64,000 nt of DNA from Giardia intestinalis (lineage: Eukaryota): the NCBI GenBank assembly GCA_000002435.2, contig CM018793.1; one strand, written 5' to 3'. The notes under the pieces were generated by a model that was not told the DNA's origin, did no database searches, and was given only the letters and a program-made list of their open reading frames with translations. Of the stretch, positions 62,781 through 64,000 are shown in pieces (within the stretch, counting starts at the first letter, position 1; every line of letters begins with the position of its first letter). Made by a program: the position numbers and the translations under genes.

Positions 62781-63818
62781 ATGAAGATTTCCTTGCTCTG
62801 TTCTGGTGCAACGAAGGAGTTTGAGTTTCCAACTAACACAGGAAGTTCTAAACTCCACCTAGATCTTTGTCAAAAGATGGGCCTGAAGGCCTCCAGAACG
62901 CGTTTCTTTTGTATACCCAAAGGATCGTCTAGCGATGCCGCAACTGATGAATCTCAGAAAACTGGGCGAGCTACACGTCAACGAAAGGTATACATTGATC
63001 CTGAGAGCACCACAAAGCTTCTTTCAGATTATCTTGAGGAAGAACCCACAGAATCAACAATTCTTCAACTTGGCGTCAAGGACATTGGACCCCAGTTCAG
63101 CTACCGAGGCGTGTTTTTGCTGGAGTACATTGGTCCCCTGGTCATATGGGTTGTCGTGGCCATGAACACGAAGATGAAGACCTCCTTTACAAATCTGGCT
63201 ACTGTGATGTGGGTTTTTCATTATGTGAAGAGGCTCTTTGAGACACTTTTTGTGCACACCTTTTCGAATAAGACAATGCCGCTGCGCAATCTGATAAGAA
63301 ATTGTGTCTACTATTGGGGGTTTGCGTCTGCAATATCATGGACAATCTTGCAGAGCAACGTTCGAATAAATATGAGTATCAGGGAGAAAGTTGGGGAATG
63401 GGAAGATCTTTTGCGTGTTTTTCAAGACACCAAAGATTATACTCACATTCTTCAACTTAGTAAGTCCATTTCCAACCATCTTCTTTATGAGGTTAGTATC
63501 ATGCCTGCAGCGCTCTTTTTCGTCTCAGAGCTTTGTAATCTGTACTGCCACCTCAAGCTGCGATATTTACGACCCCCTGGCTCTCGCGAACACTTTCTGC
63601 CCCGTGGACTCCTTTTTGACAGGATAACATGTCCAAATTATACCACAGAGATCCTCTCATGGATGTCCTTCGCCATGTTTACCCGTTCCTGGGTGTGTGC
63701 TGTCTTCAATGTTTGTGGGGCCGTCCAGATGTATATCTGGGCTCGTCAAAAGCGTGCGCGACTTGCGACTCAGTTCCCCGAGGTGAAGAAAAGGTTCTGC
63801 ATTTTCCCCTTCCTCTAG
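62781..63818 (+). CDS. TECR: Trans-2,3-enoyl-CoA reductase (TECR/TSC13; steroid 5-alpha-reductase family) with N-terminal ubiquitin-like domain
   Basis: HYVKRLFETLFVHTFSNKTMPLRNLIRNCVYYWGF corresponds almost residue-for-residue to the conserved TECR block [35 protein letters not shown]. The C-terminal motif LFDRITCPNYTTEILSWMSFAMFT is present, along with TM helices. Confidence 0.85.
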   Translation: MKISLLCSGATKEFEFPTNTGSSKLHLDLCQKMGLKASRTRFFCIPKGSSSDAATDESQKTGRATRQRKVYIDPESTTKLLSDYLEEEPTESTILQLGVKDIGPQFSYRGVFLLEYIGPLVIWVVVAMNTKMKTSFTNLATVMWVFHYVKRLFETLFVHTFSNKTMPLRNLIRNCVYYWGFASAISWTILQSNVRINMSIREKVGEWEDLLRVFQDTKDYTHILQLSKSISNHLLYEVSIMPAALFFVSELCNLYCHLKLRYLRPPGSREHFLPRGLLFDRITCPNYTTEILSWMSFAMFTRSWVCAVFNVCGAVQMYIWARQKRARLATQFPEVKKRFCIFPFL

Positions 63819-64000
63819 TTTTTTCTTGGCTGATGTTCCCTGCAACTTCCCTGCGCTGGCACAAATGTAAATATTCGTGTCCCCATTAACCAAAAAAGAA
63901 ATGATCCGCTTTCTTCTAATCCAGAACAAGCTCGGACGCACCCGGCTTGCCAAGTACTTTGTTCACTACGATGCAGATCAGCGTCACCAGCTTGAAAAGG

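Noticed and set aside
1-64000. CRISPR arrays, prokaryotic operon structure, tRNA or rRNA genes, telomeric repeats, spliceosomal introns
   Set aside because: The sequence is eukaryotic (diplomonad-type). No direct-repeat or spacer arrays, no tRNA-like GTTCGAATC-type arms, no TAGGG arrays and no obvious GT…AG-interrupted conserved domains were seen by eye.

Overview
This 64-kb window looks like diplomonad (Giardia intestinalis-type) nuclear DNA. Genes are compact and intronless, with short AT-rich initiator regions just before each ATG and AGTRAAY-type poly(A) signals after stops. Three genes end in the VSP-specific tail ...GLVGFLCWWF(I/L)CRGKA: a full 636-aa VSP, a 142-aa mini-VSP and a degenerate VSP relic. 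There are also two high-cysteine membrane proteins (HCMPs), Protein 21.1-type ankyrin-repeat genes and NEK-like kinases. Recognisable housekeeping genes are an STE20-family kinase, the CAF1/POP2 deadenylase, an ankyrin+RING protein, a cathepsin-B-like cysteine protease with a roughly 500-aa C-terminal extension, alanine aminotransferase, an adaptin large subunit, Sec61-gamma, a MATE/MOP-like polytopic transporter, and TECR/TSC13 enoyl-CoA reductase. About half the window (roughly 9.9-29.8 kb and 50.7-59.7 kb) behaves as an accessory region, with these features:
- Three GC-rich, T-depleted non-coding islands, each immediately 3' of a cysteine-rich surface-protein gene.
- One island (about 18.49-20.50 kb) is bounded by roughly 210-bp imperfect inverted repeats of about 85-90% identity. 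This is a candidate foldback or TIR element.
- Two islands share a dispersed roughly 140-170-bp repeat with an exact 31-mer core containing CACGTG.
- There is a roughly 7-kb tract with no credible ORF.
- There are two decayed ankyrin and NEK-ankyrin pseudogenes, and a second NEK-ankyrin paralog with a frameshifted N-lobe.
- Two large adjacent genes share a conserved C-terminal domain and look like tandem paralogs.
Every call rests on reading the six-frame translations and the raw sequence; no database search was possible.
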